The notes under the pieces are model-generated. The model made no database searches and was not told the DNA's origin. It saw only the letters and a program-made list of their open reading frames with translations. From assembly GCA_964490075.1 (NCBI GenBank), contig CAZBBK010000020.1:52736-72735 (forward strand): a DNA stretch of 20,000 nt, written 5' to 3'. Positions 7,002-17,870 of the stretch are shown piece by piece. The first letter of the stretch is position 1; each line of letters starts with the position of its first letter. Origin of the DNA: an uncultured Gemmatimonadota bacterium (GTDB taxonomy: Bacteria; GCA-2686955). Position numbers and translations under genes: made by a program.

Positions 7002-9083
7002 ATGCTGAGCGCCGCACTGATCTGCTTATCGCTTCCGCTCGCCGCGTTCGTGGTGCAGATGTTCGTTGGCAAGCGTCTGCCGCGCCAGGGCGATTTCGTG
7101 TCGATCGCCGCGATCGGGGCGGCTCTGGTGGCGTCGTGCTGGGTCCTGTGGCGGGTGATCGAGGGGGGGGATCCCGGCTACAGCTGGAACCTGGTGTTCC
7201 CCTGGGTCGACCTGCGCGGCTTCACGCTGCCGATGGGCCTCGCCATCGACACCCTGACCGCCTGGATGCTGGTGGTCGTGACCACGGTCAGCTTCCTGGT
7301 GCACGTGTTCTCGATCGGCTACATGCACGGCGAAGAGCGCTACCACCTCTACTTCGGCTATCTGTCGCTCTTTTCGTTCTCGATGTTGTGGCTGGTGCTG
7401 TCCGACAATCTGCTCGGGATCTTCGTCGGCTGGGAGCTGGTCGGGGTGTCGTCGTACTTGCTGATTGGCTTCTTCTTCCCCAAACGCTCGGCGGCCCTGG
7501 CCTGCAAGAAGGCCTTTTTGACCAATCGCGTGGGCGACCTGGGGATGTGGCTGGGGATCATGCTGGTCTGGAAGGAGCTCGGGGTGCTCCGACTGGAGCA
7601 GGTCTTCCACCATGTCGCGACCGGCGCCTTTCCCTCGGAAGCGATGCTGACCATCGCCGGGCTCTTGCTCTTCGTCGGCGCGGTGGGCAAGTCGGCGCAG
7701 TTGCCGCTGCACGTCTGGCTGCCGGACGCGATGGAGGGTCCGACGCCGGTGTCGGCGCTGATTCACGCGGCGACCATGGTGGCCGCGGGAGTCTACCTGG
7801 TGGGTCGACTCTTCCCGATCCTGACGCCCGACGCGCTGCTGGTGATCGCCTACGTGGGCGCGCTGACCGCCTTCTTCGCGGCGACCGTCGCCATCGTCCA
7901 GGACGACATCAAGCGCGTGCTGGCCTATTCAACCGTGTCGCAGCTCGGTTACATGATGGTCGCTCTGGGCGTCGGCTCGTACGTCGGAGGACTCTTCCAC
8001 CTGGTCACGCACGCGGCGTTCAAAGCCTGTCTCTTCCTGGGCTCGGGCGCGGTGATTCACGCGGTGCACACGCAAAACATCTGGGAGATGGGCGGGCTGC
8101 GCAAGAAGCTGCCGGTCACCTTCACGACCTGGGTGATCAGCACCGCGGCGATCTCCGGTTTCCCGTACCTGACCAACGGGTTCTTCAGCAAGGAACGGAT
8201 CCTCGGCGACGCGATGGGCTTCGGCCTGCATCTGCCGCAGCATTTCCTGGTCTTCTTGCTGCCGATGGTCGCCGCGGTGATCACGGTTTTCTACATGACG
8301 CGGGTCACCATCGTGACCTTCTTCGGCGAGCCGCGCGACCGAGAAAAGTACGACCATGCCCACGAGGGCGGGCTGGAGATCACCGCGCCCTTGGTGGTGC
8401 TCTCGGTGATCACGGTGCTCGGCTTCGCCTACGCCGGTCCCTTCGAGCGACTGGTGACTCCGCCCAGCGCCACCGACTACGCGGCCGTGGAGCACGCGAC
8501 GATTCACTACGGGATCACGGAGCACGCCGGATCGGGCCACGCGGCCCACGAGGGCGAGGCCGGCGGCGCGCCCGCCGCCCACCACGAAGGCGCCTGGGGA
8601 CCGCACCAGGTCGATGCCCGCGCTCTGCACACCGCCCACACCGCCGTTCTCTATCTGTCGCTGCTGGCGTTGCTGCTGGGTGTCGGGCTGGCCACCCTCA
8701 TCTACTACCAGAAGCGCTCCTACGAAGCCCTGGCGAGCCGTTTCGCCGGCGCCTGGCGCGTGCTCTACCACAAGTACTTCGTCGACGAGGCCTACCAGGC
8801 CTGGGTGATCGATCCTCTGCTCTGGCTCAATCGGCTGAGCGCCGCCTTCGACCGCCGGGTGATCGACGGCGCGGTCAACGGATCGGCCACGCTGACCCGC
8901 GCCTTGTCGAGCTCCTCCGGCTGGGCCGATCTGCGCATCGTCGACGGCATCGTCAACGGCCTGGCGGCGCTAACCCAACTCTTCGGAGCCACGGCGCGGC
9001 GCCTCGAGACCGGCCGCATTCAGCACTACTTCCTGTTCTTCCTGGGCGGGACCCTGGTCCTCATGCTCATAAAGGTGTATTGA
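7002..9083 (+). CDS. nuoL: NADH-quinone oxidoreductase subunit L (copy 1; lengthened lateral helix)
   Basis: 693 aa; GWELVG, KAFLTNRVGD, GKSAQLPLHVWLPDAMEGPTPVSALIHAATMV, AYSTVSQLG, HAAFKA, FSKE. The C-terminal helix has a duplicated D...(I/V)DG.VNG unit. Confidence 0.97.
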   Translation: MLSAALICLSLPLAAFVVQMFVGKRLPRQGDFVSIAAIGAALVASCWVLWRVIEGGDPGYSWNLVFPWVDLRGFTLPMGLAIDTLTAWMLVVVTTVSFLVHVFSIGYMHGEERYHLYFGYLSLFSFSMLWLVLSDNLLGIFVGWELVGVSSYLLIGFFFPKRSAALACKKAFLTNRVGDLGMWLGIMLVWKELGVLRLEQVFHHVATGAFPSEAMLTIAGLLLFVGAVGKSAQLPLHVWLPDAMEGPTPVSALIHAATMVAAGVYLVGRLFPILTPDALLVIAYVGALTAFFAATVAIVQDDIKRVLAYSTVSQLGYMMVALGVGSYVGGLFHLVTHAAFKACLFLGSGAVIHAVHTQNIWEMGGLRKKLPVTFTTWVISTAAISGFPYLTNGFFSKERILGDAMGFGLHLPQHFLVFLLPMVAAVITVFYMTRVTIVTFFGEPRDREKYDHAHEGGLEITAPLVVLSVITVLGFAYAGPFERLVTPPSATDYAAVEHATIHYGITEHAGSGHAAHEGEAGGAPAAHHEGAWGPHQVDARALHTAHTAVLYLSLLALLLGVGLATLIYYQKRSYEALASRFAGAWRVLYHKYFVDEAYQAWVIDPLLWLNRLSAAFDRRVIDGAVNGSATLTRALSSSSGWADLRIVDGIVNGLAALTQLFGATARRLETGRIQHYFLFFLGGTLVLMLIKVY

Positions 9084-9140
9084 TGTTCGTCCCATCCAGT
9101 TCAGCGCGTGAAACCGCCGCGCCGGAGGTGAATCGCAGCC

Positions 9141-10637
9141 ATGGGTAATACCCTGACATTGATGACCTTCGTGCCCCTTCTAGGCGCCTTCGTCATCATG
9201 CTTCTGCCGAAGGGACGCGATGAGCTGGTGCGCTGGACCGCGATCCTTGCCACGGCGCTGCCCCTGGCGCTCGCCTTCCAGGTGTGGAACGGCTTCGAAC
9301 GCGGCACCAGCGCGATCCAGTTCGTCGAGCGGGCCGACTGGATCAGCCTCACGGCCGACATGGGCAACCGGCAGATCCCTCTGAACATCGAGTACTACAT
9401 GGGCATCGACGGTCTGTCGGTGTCGATGGTGCTGCTCACCGCGCTGCTCTCGTTCTTGTGCATCATCGCGTCGTGGGGAATCGACAAGTGGGTCAAGGCC
9501 TACTTCGCGCTCTTCCTGCTGCTCGAGACCGGCATGATGGGGGTGTTCTGCGCGCTCGACTTTTTCCTCTTCTACGTGTTCTGGGAAGTGATGCTGCTGC
9601 CGATGTACTTCCTGATCGGCATCTGGGGCGGGCCGCGCAAGGAGTACGCGGCGATCAAGTTCTTCCTCTACACGCTGGTCGGCTCGGTGGTGATGCTGCT
9701 GGCGGCGCTGGCGATGTACTACCTGATGGGCGGCTCTTTCGACATCATCGAGATGGCCCGTGTGCTGCCCAACAATCCCGAGGCGGTGGCGCTCGGCAAG
9801 GTGCTCTACCTGGCGCTCTTCCTGGGCTTCGCGATCAAGATCCCGCTCTTCCCCTTCCACACCTGGCTGCCCGACGCTCACGTCGAGGCGCCCACCGCGG
9901 TGAGCGTGATCCTGGCCGGCGTGCTGCTGAAGATGGGCAGCTACGGCATTCTTCGCTTCTGCTACCCGATCTTCCCCGACGCCACCCAGTGGTTCGCACC
10001 GGCGCTGGCGGTGCTGGGGCTGATCAACATCATCTACGGCGCGATGTGCGCGATGGCGCAGAAGGACTTCAAGAAGCTCGTCGCCTACTCCTCGATCTCG
10101 CATATGGGCTTCGTCTGTCTCGGCATGGCGGCCCTCACGCCCCAGGCGGTGAGTGGCGCTGTGATGCAGATGTTCAACCACGGCACCATCACCGCCATGC
10201 TCTTCCTCTTGGTGGGAGTGATCTACGATCGGGTGCACCACCGCGATATCGAGCGTTTCGGCGGGCTGCGGGTGCAGACCCCGGTCTACGCCGGAGTGGT
10301 GATGGTCGCCTTTTTCGCGGCGCTGGGACTGCCGGGGCTGAGCGGTTTCTGGGGCGAGGCCTTCGTGTTCCTGGGATCGCTGCCGAGCTTTCCCAAGGTG
10401 ACCATGGCGGCGTTGCTCGGAATCGTGCTCGGGGCCGCCTACATCCTGTGGACCTACGAGCGGGTCTTCCTCGGGCCCTTCAACGAGCGCTATGCCGATC
10501 TCAGCGACATCAATGCCCGCGAGCTCTTCTCACTGGCGCCCCTGATGGTGCTGGTGATCTTCCTCGGCGTCTATCCGCAACCGCTTCTCGAGCTGCTCGA
10601 TGCCACCCTGGTCGACCTGGTCCGGGCCATCGTCTAG
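9141..10637 (+). CDS. nuoM: NADH-quinone oxidoreductase subunit M (copy 1)
   Basis: 498 aa; GIDGLS, FYVFWE, AIKIP.FPFHTWLPDAHVEAPT, LLKMG.YG, AYSSISHMG, GFWGE. GGAGGTG RBS at 9124-9130. Confidence 0.97.
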   Translation: MGNTLTLMTFVPLLGAFVIMLLPKGRDELVRWTAILATALPLALAFQVWNGFERGTSAIQFVERADWISLTADMGNRQIPLNIEYYMGIDGLSVSMVLLTALLSFLCIIASWGIDKWVKAYFALFLLLETGMMGVFCALDFFLFYVFWEVMLLPMYFLIGIWGGPRKEYAAIKFFLYTLVGSVVMLLAALAMYYLMGGSFDIIEMARVLPNNPEAVALGKVLYLALFLGFAIKIPLFPFHTWLPDAHVEAPTAVSVILAGVLLKMGSYGILRFCYPIFPDATQWFAPALAVLGLINIIYGAMCAMAQKDFKKLVAYSSISHMGFVCLGMAALTPQAVSGAVMQMFNHGTITAMLFLLVGVIYDRVHHRDIERFGGLRVQTPVYAGVVMVAFFAALGLPGLSGFWGEAFVFLGSLPSFPKVTMAALLGIVLGAAYILWTYERVFLGPFNERYADLSDINARELFSLAPLMVLVIFLGVYPQPLLELLDATLVDLVRAIV

Positions 10638-10647
10638 GAACCACGAT

Positions 10648-12159
10648 TTGAGCTTCGAAACGTCCACGGCCGCCACGCTCGAGTCACTCGGTCATGTCGT
10701 GCCGGAGCTGATCGTCACGGTTACCATCCTGGCGGTCATCCTCATCGACCTGCTCTTCCTCCGCGGCCGCGGCAAGCGTCAGGGGCCGCTGGAAATCGTC
10801 GTCGTGCTGGGAATCGGCGCGGCGCTGATCGCCACCTGGGCGGGCACTCCGAGCGGTCCACGCGCAGTCTTTGGTACCATGCTGGCGGTCGATCCCTTCT
10901 CGGCCTTCTTCGACACGATATTTCTGTTGGCGACACTGCTCTTCGTCTGCGCCACCATGATGAGCGACGAGATCGCGCATGCCGACCGTCCCGAGTACTA
11001 TACGCTGGCGGTCGGTTCGGTGCTCGGCATGATGCTGATGGCGGCGGCCACCGACCTGGTGTCGATCTTCATCAGCGTCGAATTCGTCAGCCTGGCCTCC
11101 TACGCGATGGCCGGGTTTGCGCGCGGAGATCGTCTCTCCTCGGAAGCGTCGCTGAAGTACGTGCTCTACGGCTCGGTCTCGTCGGCGGTGATGCTCTTCG
11201 GAATGTCGTACCTGTACGGGCTCACCGGCACCACTTCGCTGGTGGCCGGCAACCAGGTTCTCTACGCCTCCAATCCCTATCCGCTGGCGCTCTTCTTCGC
11301 GCTGGTGCTGGTGATCGCCGGACTGGGCTTCAAGATCGCCTGTGTCCCTTTCCACTTCTGGGCGCCCGACGTCTACGAAGGCGCGCCGACTCCGGTGACC
11401 GCCTTCTTCACGGTGGCGCCCAAGGCGGCCGGCTTCGCGCTGCTGGCCCGCATGCTGGTCACGCTGCTCAGCAATCCGACCACCGGCGGCGATTTCTGGA
11501 CCTTCCTGGGGCAGCTCGACTGGCCGCTCCTGATCGCGATCCTGGCGGCCGGGTCGATGACCTTCGGCAACCTGGGCGCGCTGCGCCAGACCAACATGAA
11601 GCGCCTGCTGGCCTACAGCTCGATCGCCCACGTCGGCTTCGTGCTGATGGCGGTGGCGGCGCTCTCTCCCGAGGGGCTGCACGCCATCAACGTCTACATG
11701 GCCGCCTACCTGGTGATGAACCTGGGCGCGTTTCTGGTGGTGATCGCCTTGCGCCGGCGCATCGGGTCGGTCGATATTCGCGACTACGGCGGTCTGGCGA
11801 GTGACGCGCCGATGCTTGTGGTGGCGATGGTTGTGTTCCTGTACTCTCTCACCGGCTTGCCCCCCTCGCTCGGGTTCATGGGCAAGTACTACGTATTCGC
11901 AGAAGTGATCCGCCAGGAGATCTGGTGGCTTGCGGCAATCGGCGCCGTGAACTCGGTGATCGCGCTCTATTACTACTTCCGCGTCGCGAAGGCGATGGTC
12001 TTCGGCGCCCTGGGCGAGCGGCGGTGGGTGGGGGCGCTCCCGGAGTTCGCGACGAGTCTGACGGTGGCCCTGGCGGCCGTGACCCTGGTTCTCGGAGTGC
12101 CCTGGAGCGGCTTCGAGAAGGTGACGACCTACTCCGCCACCCTATTCCTTGGACGCTAG
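10648..12159 (+). CDS. nuoN: NADH-quinone oxidoreductase subunit N (copy 1)
   Basis: Probable TTG start at 10648 after AGGA; 503 aa. SVEFVS, EASLKY, GFKIACVPFHFWAPDVYEGAPTP, APKAA, KRLLAYSSIAH, GLPP..GFMGK. Confidence 0.95.
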   Translation: MSFETSTAATLESLGHVVPELIVTVTILAVILIDLLFLRGRGKRQGPLEIVVVLGIGAALIATWAGTPSGPRAVFGTMLAVDPFSAFFDTIFLLATLLFVCATMMSDEIAHADRPEYYTLAVGSVLGMMLMAAATDLVSIFISVEFVSLASYAMAGFARGDRLSSEASLKYVLYGSVSSAVMLFGMSYLYGLTGTTSLVAGNQVLYASNPYPLALFFALVLVIAGLGFKIACVPFHFWAPDVYEGAPTPVTAFFTVAPKAAGFALLARMLVTLLSNPTTGGDFWTFLGQLDWPLLIAILAAGSMTFGNLGALRQTNMKRLLAYSSIAHVGFVLMAVAALSPEGLHAINVYMAAYLVMNLGAFLVVIALRRRIGSVDIRDYGGLASDAPMLVVAMVVFLYSLTGLPPSLGFMGKYYVFAEVIRQEIWWLAAIGAVNSVIALYYYFRVAKAMVFGALGERRWVGALPEFATSLTVALAAVTLVLGVPWSGFEKVTTYSATLFLGR

Positions 12160-12162
12160 ACC

Positions 12163-12666
12163 ATGCTGGTCGCGATCTCTTTCGCGCTGCTCGCGCTGCT
12201 CGCGCTGAGCGGCGCGTTGCTCTTGCTCCTGCGCCGGGATCCGGTCGATGGAGCGCTCTCGTTGGTGGTGACGATGCTGGCTCTGGCCGGCATCTACCTA
12301 CAGCTCGCCGATCCGGTGATCGCCGCCTTGCAGGTGATCGTCTACGCTGGCGCAATCATGGTGCTCTTCCTCTTCGTCACGATGTTCGTGCGTCGCGCCG
12401 AGGAGCGGGGTCCGGCGGCCGCGGGGCGCGCACGCTTGGCGATCGTCACTCTGGTTGCCGCCGGCCTGCTCGGGCTCCTGGTCCAGGCGATCTCGCTGGC
12501 CGGGAGCGGCGCAAGCGAGGCCGCGGCGCCGATGGCCGATATCGTGACCATCGCCCACGCCCTCTTCGCGGAGTTCCTCTTTCCCTTCGAGCTGGTCTCG
12601 GCGCTGCTCCTGGTGGCGATGGTGGGCGTGGTGGTGCTGGGACGCAGAGGGGAGGAGGCGTCGTGA
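12163..12666 (+). CDS. nuoJ: NADH-quinone oxidoreductase subunit J (copy 2)
   Basis: 167 aa; LQVIVYAGAIMVLFLFVTM, PFELVSALLL. Starts 3 nt after the nuoN1 stop. Confidence 0.94.
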   Translation: MLVAISFALLALLALSGALLLLLRRDPVDGALSLVVTMLALAGIYLQLADPVIAALQVIVYAGAIMVLFLFVTMFVRRAEERGPAAAGRARLAIVTLVAAGLLGLLVQAISLAGSGASEAAAPMADIVTIAHALFAEFLFPFELVSALLLVAMVGVVVLGRRGEEAS

Positions 12667-12965
12667 TCGATCTCAACTACTACCTGCTCTTGAGTGCCGC
12701 GCTCTTCGGCATCGGGACCCTGGTGGTCATGAGCCGCAGGAACGCGTTGCACCTCTTCATGGGCATCGAGCTGATGCTCAACGCGGGCAACCTGGCCTTT
12801 CTGGCCGGCGCCCGGATCCACGGCGGGGCCCAGGCGCCCGTGTCGGTGCTCTTCATCCTGGCCCTGGCCGCCGCCGAAGTGGCGGTCGGTCTGGCCTTGA
12901 TCGTGCTGATCCACCGAACACGCGGCACCATCGACGTGGGGTCCATCAATCTGCTGAAGGGCTGA
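12663..12965 (+). CDS. nuoK: NADH-quinone oxidoreductase subunit K (copy 2)
   Basis: GTG start overlapping the nuoJ2 stop (GTGA), after GGAGGAGG; 100 aa (tail of ORF 11925-12965). MGIELMLNA, AAAEVAVGLAL. Confidence 0.95.
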   Translation: MIDLNYYLLLSAALFGIGTLVVMSRRNALHLFMGIELMLNAGNLAFLAGARIHGGAQAPVSVLFILALAAAEVAVGLALIVLIHRTRGTIDVGSINLLKG

Positions 12966-12984
12966 CCCGGAAAGGGCCTCCGAA

Positions 12985-14865
12985 GTGGATGGTCTGCTTG
13001 CACTGATTCCGGCCTTTCCCCTGCTTGGGGTGATTCTGATCGGCATTGGCCACCGGCGACTCGATCGAGCCGCACATATTCCAGCCGTCGCCGCGGTCTT
13101 TCTGAGCTTTCTGGCGAGCTGCGCGGTGTTTTCCCAGGTGTGGCAAGGGCACCACCTGGCGGTCGATCTCTTCCCCTGGATCGTGGCCGGCGCCTTCGAG
13201 ACATCGATTCACCTGGTGGCCGATCGGCTCACCGGGGTGATGTTGCTGGTGGTGACCGGCGTCTCCACGCTGATCCACATCTACAGCGTGGGCTACATGC
13301 ACGGCGATCCTCGCTACCCGCGCTTCTTCGCCTACCTGAACTTCTTCGTCTTCTCGATGACGATGTTGGTGCTGGCGGGCGATTTTCTGCTGCTCTTCGT
13401 GTTCTGGGAAGCGGTGGGCCTGGCCAGCTACCTGTTGATCGGCTTCTGGTTCGAGAAGGACTCCGCCGCCATGGCCGGCAAGAAGGCCTTCATCGTCAAC
13501 CGGGTGGGGGACTTCGGGTTCGCTCTGGCGCTGATGCTGATCTTCACCTACCTCGGCACGATGAACATCGCCGAGGCGTTGGCGCACCAATCGATGCTGC
13601 CGGCGACGATCGCGGTGGCGATTCCTCTGCTCCTCTTCGTCGGCGCTTGCGGCAAGTCGGCCCAGATCCCCCTCTATGTGTGGCTGCCCGATGCGATGGA
13701 AGGCCCGACACCGGTTTCGGCCCTGATCCACGCCGCAACCATGGTCACCGCGGGTGTCTACATGATGGTGCGCGCGGCGCCGCTCTTCCTCGGCGCACCG
13801 GCCGCGATGGAGGTGGTGGCGATCGTCGGCTGCGGCACCGCGCTCCTGGCGGCGACCATCGGTCTGGTCCAGTACGACATCAAGAAGGTGCTCGCCTACT
13901 CCACCGTGAGCCAGCTCGGCTACATGGTGCTCGGGGTCGGCGTCGGGGCCTTCGGCGCGTCGATGTTCCACCTGGTCACCCACGCCTTCTTCAAAGCCTG
14001 TCTCTTCCTCGGCGCCGGCTCGGTGATCCACGCCATGCACGAGCAGCAGGATATCCGGGCCATGGGCGGGCTCGGGCGCCACCTGCCGCGGACCTCGATC
14101 ACTTTCCTCCTGGCGTCCCTGGCTCTGGCCGGGGTGCCGCCCTTCGCCGGCTTCTGGTCCAAGGACGAGATCCTGGCCGCGGCCCACGGCAGCGGTCACA
14201 ACCTGCTCTTCGTGATCGGGCTGGTGACTGCCTTCATGACCGCCTTCTACACCTTCCGGCTCTATTTCCTGACCTTCAGCGGCAAGCTGCGCAGCGCCGA
14301 TGCCCATCCCCACGAGTCGCCGGCCAACATGACGATTCCGCTGATCATCCTCGGCGCGCTCTCGGTGGTCGGCGGCTTCATCGACGTGCCCGGCTTCCTC
14401 TCGGGCGCCACGGGGCATGCAGCCGCCGGACATGAGGTCGCGGCGCACGGCGCGGGGCACGCGGGCGGGCTCTCTCACAACGCGCTGCTCGCGCTCTCGA
14501 GCCTGATCTCGCTCTCCGGCGTGGCGCTGGCCTACGGCGTCTATGTCTCCGAAGGCGGCATCTCGCCGCGCGCCTGGGCCGAGCGCTATCGCCGCCTGCA
14601 CGCGCTGCTGCACAACAAGTGGTACGTCGACGAGGCCTACCAATGGCTGGTCATCCAGCCGGTCATGAAGGGATCCCGCTGGCTTTTGCGCTGGCTCGAT
14701 CTGGGGCTGATCGACGGCGCGGTGAACGGCATCGCCCGCGTGCTCGGAAACCTGGGGGCGGCGCTCAGCGCCGAGCAGCGCGGCCTGGCCCCCAACTACG
14801 TGCTGTCCATGGCCATCGGCGCGGTGGCCACTTTGGCGTTCGTGCTCGCCAGAGGAGGGTTCTGA
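12985..14865 (+). CDS. nuoL: NADH-quinone oxidoreductase subunit L (copy 2; standard-length helix)
   Basis: GTG start; 626 aa. FWEAVG, KAFIVNRVGD, GKSAQIPLYVWLPDAMEGPTPVSALIHAATMV, HAFFKA, WSKD. Single DLGLIDGAVNG unit. Confidence 0.97.
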   Translation: MDGLLALIPAFPLLGVILIGIGHRRLDRAAHIPAVAAVFLSFLASCAVFSQVWQGHHLAVDLFPWIVAGAFETSIHLVADRLTGVMLLVVTGVSTLIHIYSVGYMHGDPRYPRFFAYLNFFVFSMTMLVLAGDFLLLFVFWEAVGLASYLLIGFWFEKDSAAMAGKKAFIVNRVGDFGFALALMLIFTYLGTMNIAEALAHQSMLPATIAVAIPLLLFVGACGKSAQIPLYVWLPDAMEGPTPVSALIHAATMVTAGVYMMVRAAPLFLGAPAAMEVVAIVGCGTALLAATIGLVQYDIKKVLAYSTVSQLGYMVLGVGVGAFGASMFHLVTHAFFKACLFLGAGSVIHAMHEQQDIRAMGGLGRHLPRTSITFLLASLALAGVPPFAGFWSKDEILAAAHGSGHNLLFVIGLVTAFMTAFYTFRLYFLTFSGKLRSADAHPHESPANMTIPLIILGALSVVGGFIDVPGFLSGATGHAAAGHEVAAHGAGHAGGLSHNALLALSSLISLSGVALAYGVYVSEGGISPRAWAERYRRLHALLHNKWYVDEAYQWLVIQPVMKGSRWLLRWLDLGLIDGAVNGIARVLGNLGAALSAEQRGLAPNYVLSMAIGAVATLAFVLARGGF

Positions 14866-14868
14866 GCA

Positions 14869-16391
<1,523 letters not shown>

Positions 16392-16395
<4 letters not shown>

Positions 16396-17852
16396 CTTCG
16401 CTCGGCATCTTCGCCCCGCTCTGGATCGTGGTGGGCGGATCCTTGCTCTGCCTGATCCTGGGAACCGTCCCGGGCTTCAGCAAACCGAGCGAGAATCGCT
16501 TGCCGGCCGCCCTGACCGTGCTGGCCGCGATCATCGCCCTGGCCCTCGGCGAGACGGTCGAAGGGTCGTTTCTGGGCGGCACCTCGGTGAACGACGGCCT
16601 GGCCCGGATCATGGATCTGCTCTACCTCGGAATCGGGGCCGTGGTCATCCTGGCCAGCGATCGCCAGCTCGAGCAGGAGGGGGTGCGCGAGTACGAGTAC
16701 TTCCCTCTGGTGCTGGCCGCGATCTTCGGCCTGATGGTGATGACCCACGGGATCGACCTGATCACCATTCTGATCGGGCTGGAGATCCACTCGCTCTCGG
16801 TCTATGTGCTGACCGCCAGCAGCCGCTCGCGGCTCGGCTCCGGCGAGGGTGCGCTGAAGTACTTCCTGCTCGGCGCCTTCGCCTCGGCCTTTCTGATCTA
16901 CGGCGTGGCGCTCACCTACGTGGCGACGGGAAGCCTGCACCTGACGGCGATCCAGACCCAGCTGGCGGCACAGGGGGTTTCGCCGCTGCTGGCGGTCGCG
17001 GGAGCGCTCTTCGTGATCGGGCTGGCGTTCAAGGTCTCTCTGGTGCCCTTCCACTGGTGGACTCCCGACGCCTACCAGGGCGCTCCGGCGCCGGTCACCG
17101 CCTTCATGTCGACCGCGACCAAGGCGGCCACTTTCGCGCTTTTGCTGCGGCTGCTGGCGACCTCGTTGGGACCGGTGCCGGGCGTGGCCGCGGCGCTGGT
17201 GCTGCTGGGCGGTCTGACGATCATCGTCGGCAACCTGCTGGCCCTGCCGCAGCTCGGAATCAAGCGCATGCTCGCCTACTCGAGCGTGGCCCACGCCGGC
17301 TACATCGCCGTGGCGCTGGTCGGTGGGGCCGAGGCGGTGCAGCCGATCCTCTTCTACATCGCCGCCTATGCGGCGACCGGTCTGGCCGGCTTCGTGCTGG
17401 TCGGTCTGCTGCAAGGCGGGAGCGACGAGGATCTCGGGCGCGAGCAGCTGCGTGGACTGGCGCAGCGACATCCGGCCGGCGCCGCGGGTCTCTTGATCGT
17501 CATGCTCTCGCTGGCCGGAATCCCGCCGACCGCGGGCTTCGCGGCCAAGCTGGGGGTGTTCCGGGTGCTGGTCGGAGCCGATGAGATCGCCCTGGCGGTG
17601 CTGGTGGTGCTCACCAGCGCGATCGCCGCCTACTACTACCTCGGTGTGATCGTGCAGATGTACATGGTCGATCCGGTGGAGGAATCGACGGCACGACTGG
17701 CGCGCAACCCCGGCTCGCGCATGGCAGCGGCGGTGGCGGTGCTGGCGGTGCTGGCGCTGGGACTGTGGCCATCGGTGCTGACCGGCCCGGCGGGCGAGGG
17801 CGCGGTTCAGGCGCAGGGTGGTGCGGAGGCGGTCGAGCTGAGCGTCAAATAG
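16392..17852 (+). CDS. nuoN: NADH-quinone oxidoreductase subunit N (copy 2)
   Basis: ATG overlaps the nuoM2 stop (ATGA); 486 aa (tail of ORF 14619-17852). GLEIHS, EGALKYF, AFKVSLVPFHWWTPDAYQGAP, ATKAA, KRMLAYSSVAH, GIPPTAGFAAK. Confidence 0.96.
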
Positions 17853-17870
17853 TCTCGGCATCGGGGGCGA

